DNA of 64,000 nucleotides from Verrucomicrobiia bacterium (GCA_963664225.1 OY760937.1:640001-704000); one strand, 5' to 3'; numbered from the stretch's first letter, positions 26,972 through 37,595 are shown. The notes: generated by a model from the letters alone, not told the origin. Numbers and translations are program-made.

Positions 26972-28921
26972 ATGACAAAAAAGGTCCTTTTAACCAGTGT
27001 GTGCCGCCCCTTGGGGCCGAAATACGGCGAGTCTCCATCCGTTGGCTATGAATTGCTGCACGGGCAGGTGACGCGCGCCCAGGGATTGTTCAGCCCGCGC
27101 GCGGTGCATCTGCAATTCGGTCTCGAATATATCGCGGAGAACCTCGATGCGCCAACCGTGGTGCTGCAGTATCCGTCGAAGCGCGAGCTGATCGAAGAGT
27201 TGAAGAAGGGCTACGAATACGTGGGCGTCTGTTTCGTAATGGCGGTGATGCACAAGATGAAGGACACGGTGGCCTTGATCCGCCAATATGCGCCGCAGAG
27301 CAAGATCGTTCTCGGAGGTTACGGAACGGTGCTCAAGGATGAGGTGCTTGCGCCCTTCGCGGATTACATTTGCCGCGAGGAAGGGGTGGCCTTCATGCGG
27401 CGGTTGCTGGGCGAACCCGAGATTCCGATTCCCTACAAACATCCGCTCCTGGTGAGCAGCCTGAAGGTGTTTGGTCAAAAGGTTTCAAGCACGGGGATGA
27501 TTTTTGCGGGCCTGGGTTGTCCCAACGGTTGCGATTTTTGCTGCACTTCGCACTTCTTTTCCCGGAAACACATCAAGCTGCTGCCGACCGGGCAGGACAT
27601 CTTTGGCGTGATGGAGCGCTACCTCGATACGGACCCGAACATGGTTTTCACGGTTCTGGACGAGGATTTTCTGCTCAACAAAAAGCGGGCGATGGAGTTC
27701 CACGAATGCGTCGTGAAGAGCGGAAAAACGCTTTCGATCTTTGTCTTTTCCAGCATCAAAGCGATCAGCCAATACACGGTTGAGGAAATCCTGGAAATGG
27801 GCATCGACGGTTTCTGGATTGGCTACGAGGGGACACGCTCGGGCTACGCCAAACAGCAGGGGCGGCCCGTGGAAGAGATTCTCACGGAGTTTCGCGCGCA
27901 TGGCATCACTGTGCTGGCTTCGATGATTCTCGGGTTTGATTATCAAAATCAAGAGGTTGTGGCGAAGGAGTTGGATGGATTGCTGAAGCTCAAACCGGCG
28001 CTGGCGCAATTCCTGATCTACGGTCCGGTGCCGGGCACGCCGTTTTATGAGCGGGTTATCAAGGAAAAACTCTTGCAGGATAAATTTACCAACGACAAGG
28101 ACCTTTACTATCGCCGGGCGGACGGGTTTGCGACGATGATCAAACATCCGACGCTCTCAACCGATGCCATTGAAGAGATGCAGCGGTGGTGTTTCGAGGA
28201 GGATTTTCGACGCCTGGGGCCGAGCATTTTCCGGGTCCTGGAAACCCGGTTTCTTGGATACCTGAAACTCAGGGACTCGCCCAATGCCCTGCTGCGCGAA
28301 AAGGCGTCATTCTACGCCAGGGATCTGCGGGTGGCGTACCCAGTGTTTCTCGCGGGCAGGCTCCTGGGCCCCAATGCCGCGGTGCGGCGCTGGATTGCCG
28401 ATTTGGAAGCGAGCATCCATGCCGAATTGGGACGCCCTGGATTCGTTGAAAGGGTTAAATCCGTGCTGGCCGTGGGGGCTGCCGCGTGGACCGGAGCAAC
28501 GTTGAAACTGAATCTGTTCCAGCATCCCAAACTGACACGCACGCCTTACCGGATGCCCGGGAGCCGTTGGAGCGCGTATGAACTGTGGGAGCAATTCCGC
28601 CGCGAGACATCGATTCCCGATCTGTCCATTCAAGTCGAAGTGCAGCACTCGAAGCGGCAGGTCTGGTTGCGTCTGGAAGGCAGGATTTCCGCAGCGACTG
28701 CCGAGGGACTGGGCCAACGAATCCGTGATTCCCTCGCGCGGAGCAAGAGCCGGCTAGTGCTGGATTTGAAGAAGCTCCATTGGGAGAAGGGGGAAGACCT
28801 GAGCCCACTCAGAGAAAAGCTTGCGGCCTATCGCTCCAGAATTCGGCTGGTCTTACCAAAGCTCTCGGCGGCACATCCTGAGTTGTTGGTGATTGCCAGC
28901 ATGTTTCAGCATTACAAGTGA
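26972..28921 (+). CDS. Cobalamin-binding radical SAM protein with C-terminal STAS-like domain
   Basis: B12-binding N-terminus (IVLGGYG), GCPNGCDFC (CxxxCxxC), LDEDF and PVPGTP; tail 'LRLEGRISAATA...LVLDLKKL'. Confidence 0.85.
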   Translation: MTKKVLLTSVCRPLGPKYGESPSVGYELLHGQVTRAQGLFSPRAVHLQFGLEYIAENLDAPTVVLQYPSKRELIEELKKGYEYVGVCFVMAVMHKMKDTVALIRQYAPQSKIVLGGYGTVLKDEVLAPFADYICREEGVAFMRRLLGEPEIPIPYKHPLLVSSLKVFGQKVSSTGMIFAGLGCPNGCDFCCTSHFFSRKHIKLLPTGQDIFGVMERYLDTDPNMVFTVLDEDFLLNKKRAMEFHECVVKSGKTLSIFVFSSIKAISQYTVEEILEMGIDGFWIGYEGTRSGYAKQQGRPVEEILTEFRAHGITVLASMILGFDYQNQEVVAKELDGLLKLKPALAQFLIYGPVPGTPFYERVIKEKLLQDKFTNDKDLYYRRADGFATMIKHPTLSTDAIEEMQRWCFEEDFRRLGPSIFRVLETRFLGYLKLRDSPNALLREKASFYARDLRVAYPVFLAGRLLGPNAAVRRWIADLEASIHAELGRPGFVERVKSVLAVGAAAWTGATLKLNLFQHPKLTRTPYRMPGSRWSAYELWEQFRRETSIPDLSIQVEVQHSKRQVWLRLEGRISAATAEGLGQRIRDSLARSKSRLVLDLKKLHWEKGEDLSPLREKLAAYRSRIRLVLPKLSAAHPELLVIASMFQHYK

Positions 28922-29068
28922 GCGGTCGATTGCGCCTTCGTTAATCCACACACCGGGCGACGGTTCAAACCCGTTTCCCGGGAGCTGAAGACGTTTTTTT
29001 GGCGAGGAGTTTTGCGGGGCTTTTGTGGGGAAAAAATAGCGCGCTGCAATCGGTGTTCCCTCATTGGT

Positions 29069-30850
29069 TCAGACGTTACAGCCGCAACCCATTTCCCAAA
29101 GGCGTCCATCCGCACCAAAAATGGGGGTGTGACTGTGTTGTGCCGCAGGTGCATTAACGTAGCCGCCATAGCGTCCAATGGGTGACCAATCGGGACTTAC
29201 AGGAGGCAGGGGAGGATTCAACGAAGCAAATTCCTCTGCCGCGTATGCGATCTTTCCATCGCAAAGAGTGAGCACTGATTCGATTCGACGGATTTGCTCG
29301 TCGGCGCAGGTGATGAAGTCATCGCTCAATACAGCCATATCGGCAAATTGCCCATTCGACAACGTGCCCTTTTTATCCGCTTCGCCGCTGAACCAGGCGC
29401 TGCCCTGTGTGTAGAGGCGCAAGGCCTGTTCGCGTGAAAGCAGATTCTCGGCTGAGGTCAATGGGGTGCCGCCGACCGACTTTCCGGTCACCAGCCAATA
29501 GAGACAGGTCCATGGATGATAACTGGCGACCCGTGTGCCGTCCGTTCCCGCGCCAACGGGAAGACCGGCTGCGAGCATTTTCTTGATTGGCGGACAAGCC
29601 ATTGCGGCGCCGCGTCCGAAGCGCCGGATGAAATACTCTCCCTGGTAGGCCATGCGGTGTTGGATGGCGATGCCGCCGCCCAGGGCGCGCGTGCGGTCCA
29701 GGTTCTTCTGGGAAATGGTTTCCGCGTGATCGAAGAACCAGCGCAGACCCTTGAAGGGGATGTCGCGGTTGACCCGCTCAAAAACGCCAAGGAAACGTTC
29801 GATGGTTTCATCGTAGGTCGAATGAATGCGGAACGGCCACCGGGCGGTCACCACAGCGCGCACAACAGCTTCAAGCTCGGATTCCATCACGGGACGCAGT
29901 TCAGGTCTCGGCTGAAGGAAGTTTTCAAAGTCGGCGGCGCTCCAGACCAGGTTCTCACCCGCACCGGCCACCCGGAGCATGTCGTCGCCTTCACCGGGTT
30001 TGGTCATGCCGATCCAGCGTGTGAAATCCGCCAATTCGCTTCCGGCCTTCTGTGCGAAAAGACTGTAGGCAATTCTTACGGTGAGTTGGCCGTCCTGGGC
30101 CAGGCGACGGATGACGGCATAGTCGTCTGGGAAATTCTGCCAGCCACCGCCGGCATCGCAGACGCTAGTCACTCCGAAGCGGTTCATTTCCCGCAGGAAA
30201 TGGCGCGACGAATTCAGTTGGTCATCGAACGAGAGTTTTGGGGCGCGGCCGATGGTCGAATAGAGAATGAACGCGTTGGGTTCGGCAATGAGCAAACCGG
30301 TTGGCTCGCCGCTGGCGTCGCGGGCGATAAGACCCTCGGGTGGGTTCGGTGTGCCGCTATTCATGCCCAGCGCACGAATCGCAGCGCGATTCAACAGAGC
30401 GCAGTCGTATAAGTGCAGCACTATGACTGGAGTATCCGGTGCGGCGGCGTTCAATTCATCCAGTGTGGGCATCCGTTGTTCTGCAAATTGCCACTCATTC
30501 CAACCGCCAATGACCCGCACCCAGTGTGGGGGCGGCGTGCGCTGGGCCTGTTCCTTGAGCATTCTTAAGGCATCGGCCAACGAGGGCACGCCATCCCAGC
30601 GTAGCTCGAGGTTGTAGTAAAGGCCCGCCCGGATGATGTGGAGATGGGAATCGTTCAGGCCGGGAATCACGCGTCTTCCGTGCAGATCGATGACTCTCGC
30701 ATCCGGATTGCGCAGGTCGGGGTTTGGATTGTCCACGCCGACGATGTGTCCTCCCCGAAGCGTGAGGTTTCCGGCCTCGGGATGGTTGGGATCGAGCGTG
30801 GTGATGCGTCCGTTGTGCAGAATCACCTCAGGAATATTTGGAGTTGTCAT
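29069..30850 (-). CDS. Amidohydrolase (YtcJ-like, amidohydro_3)
   Basis: DLHGRRVIPGLNDSHLH, RIH, DHAE, GAGTDG and ADMAVLS motifs. Confidence 0.9.
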   Translation of the reverse strand: MTTPNIPEVILHNGRITTLDPNHPEAGNLTLRGGHIVGVDNPNPDLRNPDARVIDLHGRRVIPGLNDSHLHIIRAGLYYNLELRWDGVPSLADALRMLKEQAQRTPPPHWVRVIGGWNEWQFAEQRMPTLDELNAAAPDTPVIVLHLYDCALLNRAAIRALGMNSGTPNPPEGLIARDASGEPTGLLIAEPNAFILYSTIGRAPKLSFDDQLNSSRHFLREMNRFGVTSVCDAGGGWQNFPDDYAVIRRLAQDGQLTVRIAYSLFAQKAGSELADFTRWIGMTKPGEGDDMLRVAGAGENLVWSAADFENFLQPRPELRPVMESELEAVVRAVVTARWPFRIHSTYDETIERFLGVFERVNRDIPFKGLRWFFDHAETISQKNLDRTRALGGGIAIQHRMAYQGEYFIRRFGRGAAMACPPIKKMLAAGLPVGAGTDGTRVASYHPWTCLYWLVTGKSVGGTPLTSAENLLSREQALRLYTQGSAWFSGEADKKGTLSNGQFADMAVLSDDFITCADEQIRRIESVLTLCDGKIAYAAEEFASLNPPLPPVSPDWSPIGRYGGYVNAPAAQHSHTPIFGADGRLWEMGCGCNV

Positions 30851-30862
30851 GGCAGGAATTGG

Positions 30863-32260
30863 TTAAAAGCGGAAGGTCATCCAGGTCGAAACATAGTCAA
30901 CGTCCGCAGCCGGCGGATTCGCCTGGAGGAATGTCCCGGCAAAAAAGTGCGAATAATTGGCGGACCACGAGAGGAGCCTCGAAAGGCGCCTGTCAACTTG
31001 CGCGGCGCACTGTGCTCCGATGTAGCGGGAGCCGCCGTTGACGCCTGATCGGGCAATGTTGAGGCCGGTATTATACACTCCGTCATGAATGCTTTCGCGC
31101 CAGAAGAAATCGGCGTCAGTGGTAAAAGTGATGGATCGCGTGGGATGTAAATCAATCGAAGGATGCAGATCGATGTGGTTCTGCGGACCTATCAATCCGG
31201 TCTCACCAAAATAGGCGCCTTTTGGGAATAGGGGATTGAAAGTCTGGAGGTCAGGATTCTTTGGGTCGCGGTCGCCGCTTGTTGCGTCCGCCTTGAAGCC
31301 CAGACGCGGAGTCCACATGGTGTTTTCGAACGTGAAGCCCGTGTCGCTTGCCGCCGTCCATGCCGAGATGTTGCCGTCACCAAACTCGCCGAACTGATAG
31401 ACAAACTCAAAATTCCAGTCCCAACCGGCGTGGCGTCCCCAGAGGCGTGTGCCGACCGAATGGCGCAGTTCCCGCGCCGTGCCCTGGTCATAATGAGCCG
31501 CGTCCCTTTGCAGTCCAAGATAGTAGAAGTCCGCATGGCCCCCCGGCACCCACTTGAACGGAGCGACGCCATACAATCCCCAGAACCCGGTATGCGGATC
31601 GGGGTGGTCATCGAATATGCCGGGATTGGTTTCGACGGGCCGCGTGGCAAACGCGTCGAATTGCCAGTTCTCCAACTTCAAGGTTGCGCGCGCGCCATCG
31701 AAACTCTGCCGGACGTTTGGAGATTCACGAACGGAGACCAATCGTTGGGATCCAAACGACAATTCCTGACGCCCCAAACGCAGGGTGAGCGACTGTTGCG
31801 CATCCCACGGAATCCTTGCGTCGGCGAAGAGTTGATGGACATCTAAATCATCGCGATCCGTGGGGCGGGGTCCGCCGTCGCGGTCGTATTCCAACCCGGT
31901 CTTGAACTGCGTGAATAAACGGAAGTATTCGCCGGCGTGCGCATCGGCGTGAAGCATGAACCGTGTCAGGGAGTAACCGTTGTCGTCCTGCGGGCCGCGG
32001 CCCCAATTCGCATTTTGGAAGTATTCATAGCGTTCCCGCACCTCGCCACCGAGCGTGAGCCACGTCGTGCCATCGTGGCTTAAGGGAATGAACTTGAGCT
32101 GGTCAATGACGTTTGTGCGGAGCTCGGGGTCGCGCAAAGCTGAATAGTCCTCATCCTGGCGCGACAGCTTGAAATCCGGGCGAATGCCCTCATCACCCGC
32201 ATACAGGTTGCCTGCAATTACTGAAGGCATTCCGATCATAAAGCAAAGGAGGCACTTCAT
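30863..32260 (-). CDS. Alginate-export-family outer-membrane beta-barrel
   Basis: LKFIPL...GGEVRERYE, RLGRQELSFGSQRLVSVRE, SGD...TFNPLFP; terminal Phe. Confidence 0.85.
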   Translation of the reverse strand: MKCLLCFMIGMPSVIAGNLYAGDEGIRPDFKLSRQDEDYSALRDPELRTNVIDQLKFIPLSHDGTTWLTLGGEVRERYEYFQNANWGRGPQDDNGYSLTRFMLHADAHAGEYFRLFTQFKTGLEYDRDGGPRPTDRDDLDVHQLFADARIPWDAQQSLTLRLGRQELSFGSQRLVSVRESPNVRQSFDGARATLKLENWQFDAFATRPVETNPGIFDDHPDPHTGFWGLYGVAPFKWVPGGHADFYYLGLQRDAAHYDQGTARELRHSVGTRLWGRHAGWDWNFEFVYQFGEFGDGNISAWTAASDTGFTFENTMWTPRLGFKADATSGDRDPKNPDLQTFNPLFPKGAYFGETGLIGPQNHIDLHPSIDLHPTRSITFTTDADFFWRESIHDGVYNTGLNIARSGVNGGSRYIGAQCAAQVDRRLSRLLSWSANYSHFFAGTFLQANPPAADVDYVSTWMTFRF

Positions 32261-32304
32261 TTGCACTGATGGAATGAGCGAAGGATTCGCCCGGGTTGCC
32301 GGTA

Positions 32305-32982
32305 TCAGTGACTCTCTTTTTTTGCCACGATCTGAGGTTTTTGCGCGGACTGCGGCGCTTTATGAACCATCGTGTAGGCATATTCGATCCCGCTGCCGTA
32401 AGCGCCTGCCTGCTTGTTGAGGATGCCCATCAGCGCGTTGTAATGCTCGCGATTCTTCCAGTCGCGCTGCCACTCAAGGAGGGCGGCGATGGTCGTCAAA
32501 CGCACGGCACCCGCCTGGACCATGCGGGACAAGGCGGCGTCATGAGCCGCCTGCGAAGTTGCACCGCAACAGTCTTCAACCACGTAAACATTGTAACCCG
32601 CACCGAGCATTTCAATGGTCGGCCACGTTATGCAAACCTCAGTCCAGAGGCCGGTCATGATGATGTTCTTGCGGCCTGTGGCTTCGATGGCCTTGCGAAA
32701 GCCAGGGTCGTCCCAGGAATTCATGGAACTGCGCTCGACGACCGGCTGACCCGGAAACACGTCCAGCAACTGGGGCCAGACGTAGCCGCTGAAACTCTCG
32801 GTCTCCACGGCTGTGAGCACGCCGGGAACGTTGAACTCCTTGGAAACTTTGGCGATCAACGTCACATTGTTGATCAACGTGGCGCGGTCGATGCTGGCCA
32901 CGCCGAAAAGCATTTGTGGCTGGAAGTCAATGAAAACAATCGCACTGTCCTGTGCCGTGTAGAGTTTTTGATATTGATTCAT
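32305..32982 (-). CDS. ycaC: Isochorismatase-family cysteine hydrolase (YcaC-like)
   Basis: FIDFQPQM, RSSMNSW, GLWTEVC (catalytic Cys) and LEWQRDW motifs. Confidence 0.88.
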   Translation of the reverse strand: MNQYQKLYTAQDSAIVFIDFQPQMLFGVASIDRATLINNVTLIAKVSKEFNVPGVLTAVETESFSGYVWPQLLDVFPGQPVVERSSMNSWDDPGFRKAIEATGRKNIIMTGLWTEVCITWPTIEMLGAGYNVYVVEDCCGATSQAAHDAALSRMVQAGAVRLTTIAALLEWQRDWKNREHYNALMGILNKQAGAYGSGIEYAYTMVHKAPQSAQKPQIVAKKESH

Positions 32983-33204
32983 GGAGTGTTTCTTTCTTTG
33001 GATTTGGTTGTGAGGTTGGGGAGTTTGATTGGCACCGTGGATTTGACAAGCTCCAGCGGTGCGATGGGCGGCCTGATCAGGTGATCCCACGCCGCAATTC
33101 GACTGCCGGGAGAATCGGTGGACTTCTCGTGGGTATTGCCTGCCAAAGCGAACATAAATAGATGATGCGATATGGATTGGCCAATCCGGGGTGGAATAAT
33201 GTGT

Positions 33205-33960
33205 TCAGATTTGCGCCGCGCCTCCATCGACGAAAAGTTCGATTCCGTTGACGTAACTGCTGTCATCAGATGCAAGGAACACCACAGCCTTGGCGATTTC
33301 GTCAGGCGTGCCGACGCGCCCCAATGGCGTTGAGGCGGCAGCCTGCGCAGTCATCTGGCCAATCTGCGCATCGCTTAAGCGGAGTTCGCTCTTATAGCCA
33401 GGGGTGACGACGGTTCCCGGGCTGATGACGTTGACACGAATGTTGCGGCGTTTGAGGTCAACGGACCAAGTTCTCGCGAAGGATCGCAGGGCTGCCTTGG
33501 TCGCGGCGTAAACGCCAAATGCCGGGATGCCTTTGATGGATACCATCGAGCCATTGATGACGATTGTCCCGCCCGCCGTCATCAGCGACACGGCCTTCTG
33601 CACCGTGAACAGAGTTCCCTTCACGTTAATCCCAAAATATTTGTCAAAGTGCTCTTCGGTGACCTGTTCGAGCGGCACAAATGCGCCACCACCGGCATTG
33701 GCAAAAAGAATGTCCAGGCGGCCTTTTAGATCTTTGATTACGGCGAAGAGACGATCGAGATCCGCCATTTTTGAAATATCACTGCGGACGCCAATTGCGC
33801 CTGATCCGAGACCCTCCACTGCGGCGTCAAGTTCGGGCTGACGGCGCCCTGTGATGATGATCTCCGCCCCCTCGGCAACGAAGCGCCTGGCCGTGGCGAG
33901 ACCAATGCCGCTAGTGCCACCGGTGACAAGGGCGATTTTTCCAGCGAGTTTCTGTGACAT
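33205..33960 (-). CDS. Short-chain dehydrogenase/reductase
   Basis: TGGTSGIG, NAG and YAATK motifs. Confidence 0.92.
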   Translation of the reverse strand: MSQKLAGKIALVTGGTSGIGLATARRFVAEGAEIIITGRRQPELDAAVEGLGSGAIGVRSDISKMADLDRLFAVIKDLKGRLDILFANAGGGAFVPLEQVTEEHFDKYFGINVKGTLFTVQKAVSLMTAGGTIVINGSMVSIKGIPAFGVYAATKAALRSFARTWSVDLKRRNIRVNVISPGTVVTPGYKSELRLSDAQIGQMTAQAAASTPLGRVGTPDEIAKAVVFLASDDSSYVNGIELFVDGGAAQI

Positions 33961-33981
33961 AATAAATCAATTGATGGAACG

Positions 33982-34740
33982 TCAGGCGTTGAATCCGCCG
34001 TCCACGTTAAGGGTCGCACCGGTGATATAGGACGCTTCGGGGCTGGCAAGGAAGGCGACGGCGGCCGCGACTTCCACGGGTTTTCCATAGCGGCCTAGAG
34101 CTGTTCCCGCTTTCTGATCCGCTGCGGCCTCGCCATCGGCGGGATTCATGTCCGTGTCGATCGGGCCGGGCTGGACGACGTTCACCGTGATGGCCTTGGG
34201 GCCGAGATCGCGCGCCCAACCGCGCGTGTAGGCGGCAATGGCGGCTTTGGTCGCACTATAATCGGCCATACCCGGCGAAGGAGAGCGGGCGGCCAGGACA
34301 GAGCCAATCGAAATGATCCGGCCTCCGTTGGCCATGAACGGCACCGCGGCGCGCACCGCTGAGGCCACCCCGCTGACATTAACCGCCAACTGCCGGTCAA
34401 ATTGAGTCGCATCGGCGGCGGGATTGCTTATTGGTCCGCCCACGAACACCCCGGCGCTGTTGACGAGGATGTCAATGCGACCAAAGTGCTCCGCAACAGT
34501 CCTGACCAACTGTCTGGCTTGCGCGGGGACCGCCTGATCGGCTTTGAATGCTGCGGCGCGAACGCCAATGCTTTCAAGTTCGCGAACGACGGCGTTGGCC
34601 TTGTCCGCTGACGATGCGTAGCTGAGGGCGACGTCGGCGCCGTCCTCTGCGAGGCGCTTGGCGATGGCCGCCCCGATGCCGCGTGAACCGCCGGTGACCA
34701 ATGCGACTTTACCTGTGAGTTTTCCGGGTTGTGCAGTCAT
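33982..34740 (-). CDS. Short-chain dehydrogenase/reductase (BdcA/FabG-like)
   Basis: TGGSRGIG, YSATK and QPGPIDTDMNP motifs. Confidence 0.92.
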   Translation of the reverse strand: MTAQPGKLTGKVALVTGGSRGIGAAIAKRLAEDGADVALSYASSADKANAVVRELESIGVRAAAFKADQAVPAQARQLVRTVAEHFGRIDILVNSAGVFVGGPISNPAADATQFDRQLAVNVSGVASAVRAAVPFMANGGRIISIGSVLAARSPSPGMADYSATKAAIAAYTRGWARDLGPKAITVNVVQPGPIDTDMNPADGEAAADQKAGTALGRYGKPVEVAAAVAFLASPEASYITGATLNVDGGFNA

Positions 34741-34797
34741 GGTATTCGTGGATCGATGGTTATGAGCCTGCTGTGTTGTGTCGGTTGATGAAGTGAA

Positions 34798-35397
34798 TCA
34801 GCCGCGCAGTTTTGAGGCGATGGTGGCGACGTGTTTACCCTGGAAACGGGCTTGGGCCAGTTCCTTGGCGCTGGGTTTGCGCGAGCCGTCCGCGCCCGCG
34901 ATGGTCGCGGCGCCCCACGGGGAACCGCCCTTGACTTCGGTGATGTCTGAGAGTTCCGGACAGGAATAGGGCAGGCCAACGTAGATCAGGCCCTGGTGCA
35001 TGAGCGTGGTGACAAAGCTGATGATTGTGCTTTCGTTGCCCCCGCCCGTGCCGGTGCTGGTGAAGACGCTGCCCACCTTGCCGACCAGCGCGCCTTTGAC
35101 CCAGAGACCGCCGGTCTGGTCGAGGAAGTTGCGCATTTGAGCCGCCATGTTGCCGAATCGGGTGGGTGTACCAAAAATGATGGCGTCGTAATCGCCCAAT
35201 TCCTTGGGGGATGCGATGGGCGCGGCCTGATCGAGTTTAACACCATGCTCCCTGGCCGATTCGGGCGACATGATTTCGGGGACACGTTTGAGGGTCACTT
35301 CGACGCCAGGAACAGCGCGCGCGCCTTCGGTGATGGCATTGGCCATGGTTTCAATGTGGCCATACATGGAATAATAGAGAACAAGCAGCTTAATCAT
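34798..35397 (-). CDS. wrbA: NAD(P)H:quinone oxidoreductase WrbA
   Basis: [21 protein letters not shown] and GGSPWGA motifs. Confidence 0.95.
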   Translation of the reverse strand: MIKLLVLYYSMYGHIETMANAITEGARAVPGVEVTLKRVPEIMSPESAREHGVKLDQAAPIASPKELGDYDAIIFGTPTRFGNMAAQMRNFLDQTGGLWVKGALVGKVGSVFTSTGTGGGNESTIISFVTTLMHQGLIYVGLPYSCPELSDITEVKGGSPWGAATIAGADGSRKPSAKELAQARFQGKHVATIASKLRG

Positions 35398-35548
35398 AAT
35401 TTTAACTTTTTGTTTAGTCCAAGACCTTCGCTTCCACGGTGGCAATGTCAGACGACCCTGGTCGGTTGGCTAATGCTTTTTTGCTTAAACTTCCATGCGC
35501 GGAAGTTATGGTCGGATGCGAATGGAGCCTCGAACTACCAGTGGGAAA

Positions 35549-35811
35549 GGCTCGGCGGGAGCCTCGCCCTACCGGTGCAAGTGGTGGTAAGGCGAAGAGG
35601 TGGCTCGGCAGGAGCCTCGCCCTATCGGTGCAAGTGGTGGTAAGGCAAAGAGGTGGCTCGGCAGGAGCCTCGCCCTACCGGTGCAAGTGGTGGTAAGGCG
35701 AAGAGGTGGCTCGGCAGGAGCCTCGCCCTACCGGTGCAAGTGGTGGTAAGGCAAAGAGGTGGCTCGGCGGGAGCCTCGCCCTACCGGTGCAAGCGGTGGT
35801 AAGGCAAGAGG
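35549..35811 (+). repeat. Tandem array of 5 x 53-bp REP-containing units
   Basis: Units start at 35549, 35602, 35655, 35708 and 35761: GGCTCGGC(G/A)GGAGCCTCGCCCTACCGGTGCAAGTGGTGGTAAGGC(G/A)AAGAGGT. Confidence 0.92.
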
Positions 35812-35838
35812 CGTTTCGACGGCCTTAAGGGACTGTGT

Positions 35839-37365
35839 TTAAGGGGAGGAAAGTTTGAATGAAGATGAGGTTTCGGCCCAGGCCATACTGGCGGCGTTCG
35901 TGGAATAAAAGCGGTAATAGTAAGTCGTGTCGGGTTCGAGCGCGCGAAGGCGGGCATCAAAGGGATTCGATCCGAAACGCGAATTGGTTCCCAAGTCCAC
36001 GGTATATTCCCATTGCGCGGCATTCGTATTGCCATCCCTGGTTCCCCATGCGACGAATACGCGCCCCCAAGAATCGCCGTAGATGCCTTGTCGCAGCGTG
36101 CCCGTGACGACGGCCGCATTGGCACTGGCCTTGGTCGCAGACAGGTTCTTGACGTTCAGACTCACGGGCGGGGCCATTGGCGCATTCAGTTGGGTGACGG
36201 CCCAGTTCTGATATTCTTTTGCAGATGGGACTCGGGCGTGAGTCTGCTTGAATTCGGCAACCCAAAGTTTGGCCGCATTCAGGAAGCGTTGATGCAAATA
36301 GTAATTGGGGGTTTTCTCATCTTTTGGGTTGATGAGGTAAAAATATCTGTCCGGCTCGTTGTTGTAAATTTCCCACCAGAGCACGAAGGGACAGCCCCAG
36401 CCCAAAAGAGTTTGGGCGTATTTCCTCGAGCGGGATTCCTGTATGTCCGGCGGTTCAGCGCCCCAACCGTATTCGCCGATGAACAGGCGCTTGCCGGAAA
36501 TGCTGCCGGCTTTGTTGGTGGGGATTTGGGACTCCGCATAATTTAGCGTCGCGGTAATATCCGCCGGACTCAGGTCCTGCATGTCGTAGGAGGAATAGGA
36601 GACGAAATCGAGGTTGGTCACGCCGGGCACGACCGCATTAATGACGCGCTGTTTTCCGTCCATCGCATCGCGGACGCGGTTGACCTCGGCATAAGCAAAG
36701 ACCTCGACACCGCGATGGGGCGTGTCGCGCTTGGCGTCGTCCACGGCTTGCTGGCGTGTGTTGAGCCAGTCCCGCATCCCCTGAATGGCGGTCGGGGATG
36801 GGATAATGGAGGCGTTATAACCTGGCAGCAGATACCAATCCCCCTCCCAATGGCCCAGATAAAAACGTTTTCCTGAGTTCGCATAATGCGTGAGAAAATA
36901 CCGGGTGAGATCGTAAATCTCGCGATATTCCGCCTGCCTTTCCTCTGCGGAAAAACCGTCCGCCCACCAGCCAGGGGAGGTGAAGCAATAGGCCCATAAA
37001 ACATATTGCTGGAACGGCATGTCCAGCACGGCCCGGCAGGATGGCTCGTTTTGTGCCAGGGCTACCAGGTTGGTAATGGTGGATGGCAGCTTGACGCTGT
37101 ATTGCTGATCGAAGCCCTTGCCCAGAAAAAACTTGATCGTCGTGCTGCCCATTCCTTGTATGGCCTCCGCGGTTTCCACCAGCCTGGCCTTGTCGGTGAA
37201 GTGATATAGCGGGCTGAAAGTCTGGGTGCCTATTCCATAATTGAAGAGATCGGCTTCGGCGTCACGAACGAGTGCTGGTTTGGATTCCGGGCTGGACACG
37301 GCAGGAGGATTGCTGGCGGAGAGGCTCAAGGCTTGGAGAAGAATAGTCCACAGCAAAGCGCGCAT
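35839..37365 (-). CDS. Secreted glycoside-hydrolase-like protein with C-terminal FN3-like domain
   Basis: Signal peptide; 'HWEGDW', 'DFVSYSSYD' and 'FIGEYG' suggest a GH-A clan TIM barrel; tail 'LEPDTTYYYRFYSTN'. Confidence 0.65.
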   Translation of the reverse strand: MRALLWTILLQALSLSASNPPAVSSPESKPALVRDAEADLFNYGIGTQTFSPLYHFTDKARLVETAEAIQGMGSTTIKFFLGKGFDQQYSVKLPSTITNLVALAQNEPSCRAVLDMPFQQYVLWAYCFTSPGWWADGFSAEERQAEYREIYDLTRYFLTHYANSGKRFYLGHWEGDWYLLPGYNASIIPSPTAIQGMRDWLNTRQQAVDDAKRDTPHRGVEVFAYAEVNRVRDAMDGKQRVINAVVPGVTNLDFVSYSSYDMQDLSPADITATLNYAESQIPTNKAGSISGKRLFIGEYGWGAEPPDIQESRSRKYAQTLLGWGCPFVLWWEIYNNEPDRYFYLINPKDEKTPNYYLHQRFLNAAKLWVAEFKQTHARVPSAKEYQNWAVTQLNAPMAPPVSLNVKNLSATKASANAAVVTGTLRQGIYGDSWGRVFVAWGTRDGNTNAAQWEYTVDLGTNSRFGSNPFDARLRALEPDTTYYYRFYSTNAASMAWAETSSSFKLSSP

Positions 37366-37546
37366 GCGGCTCAGTTGATTAGAATTTAATAATTTCAAAA
37401 TACGGATTCCAACCTGTTTATGTGAATTGTTTTCGGCCGTGAGTTTATCAAGGTCGAGCACAGGCCGCAATAAGGTAATGGAACAACTGGAATGCATGAG
37501 TGTAGGACAAAATTCCTCGGCAGGAAAGCAAGGGCTATAAAAGGAT

Positions 37547-37595
37547 CCCCTCTCTCCGGCTCTCACCCCACTCGTGCCTCGCGGGGCGAGAGAGA
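37547..37595. repeat. Degenerate REP-like palindrome
   Basis: CCCCTCTCTCCGGCTCTCACCCC...GGGGCGAGAGAG, similar in layout to the 15211 element. Confidence 0.45.

Noticed and set aside
32296..33084. 262-aa + strand ORF
   Set aside because: Antisense to the clearly recognisable ycaC gene.
35549..35811. CRISPR array
   Set aside because: The 28-bp 'spacers' are essentially identical, no cas genes are nearby, and a solo copy occurs elsewhere. It is a REP-type tandem repeat.
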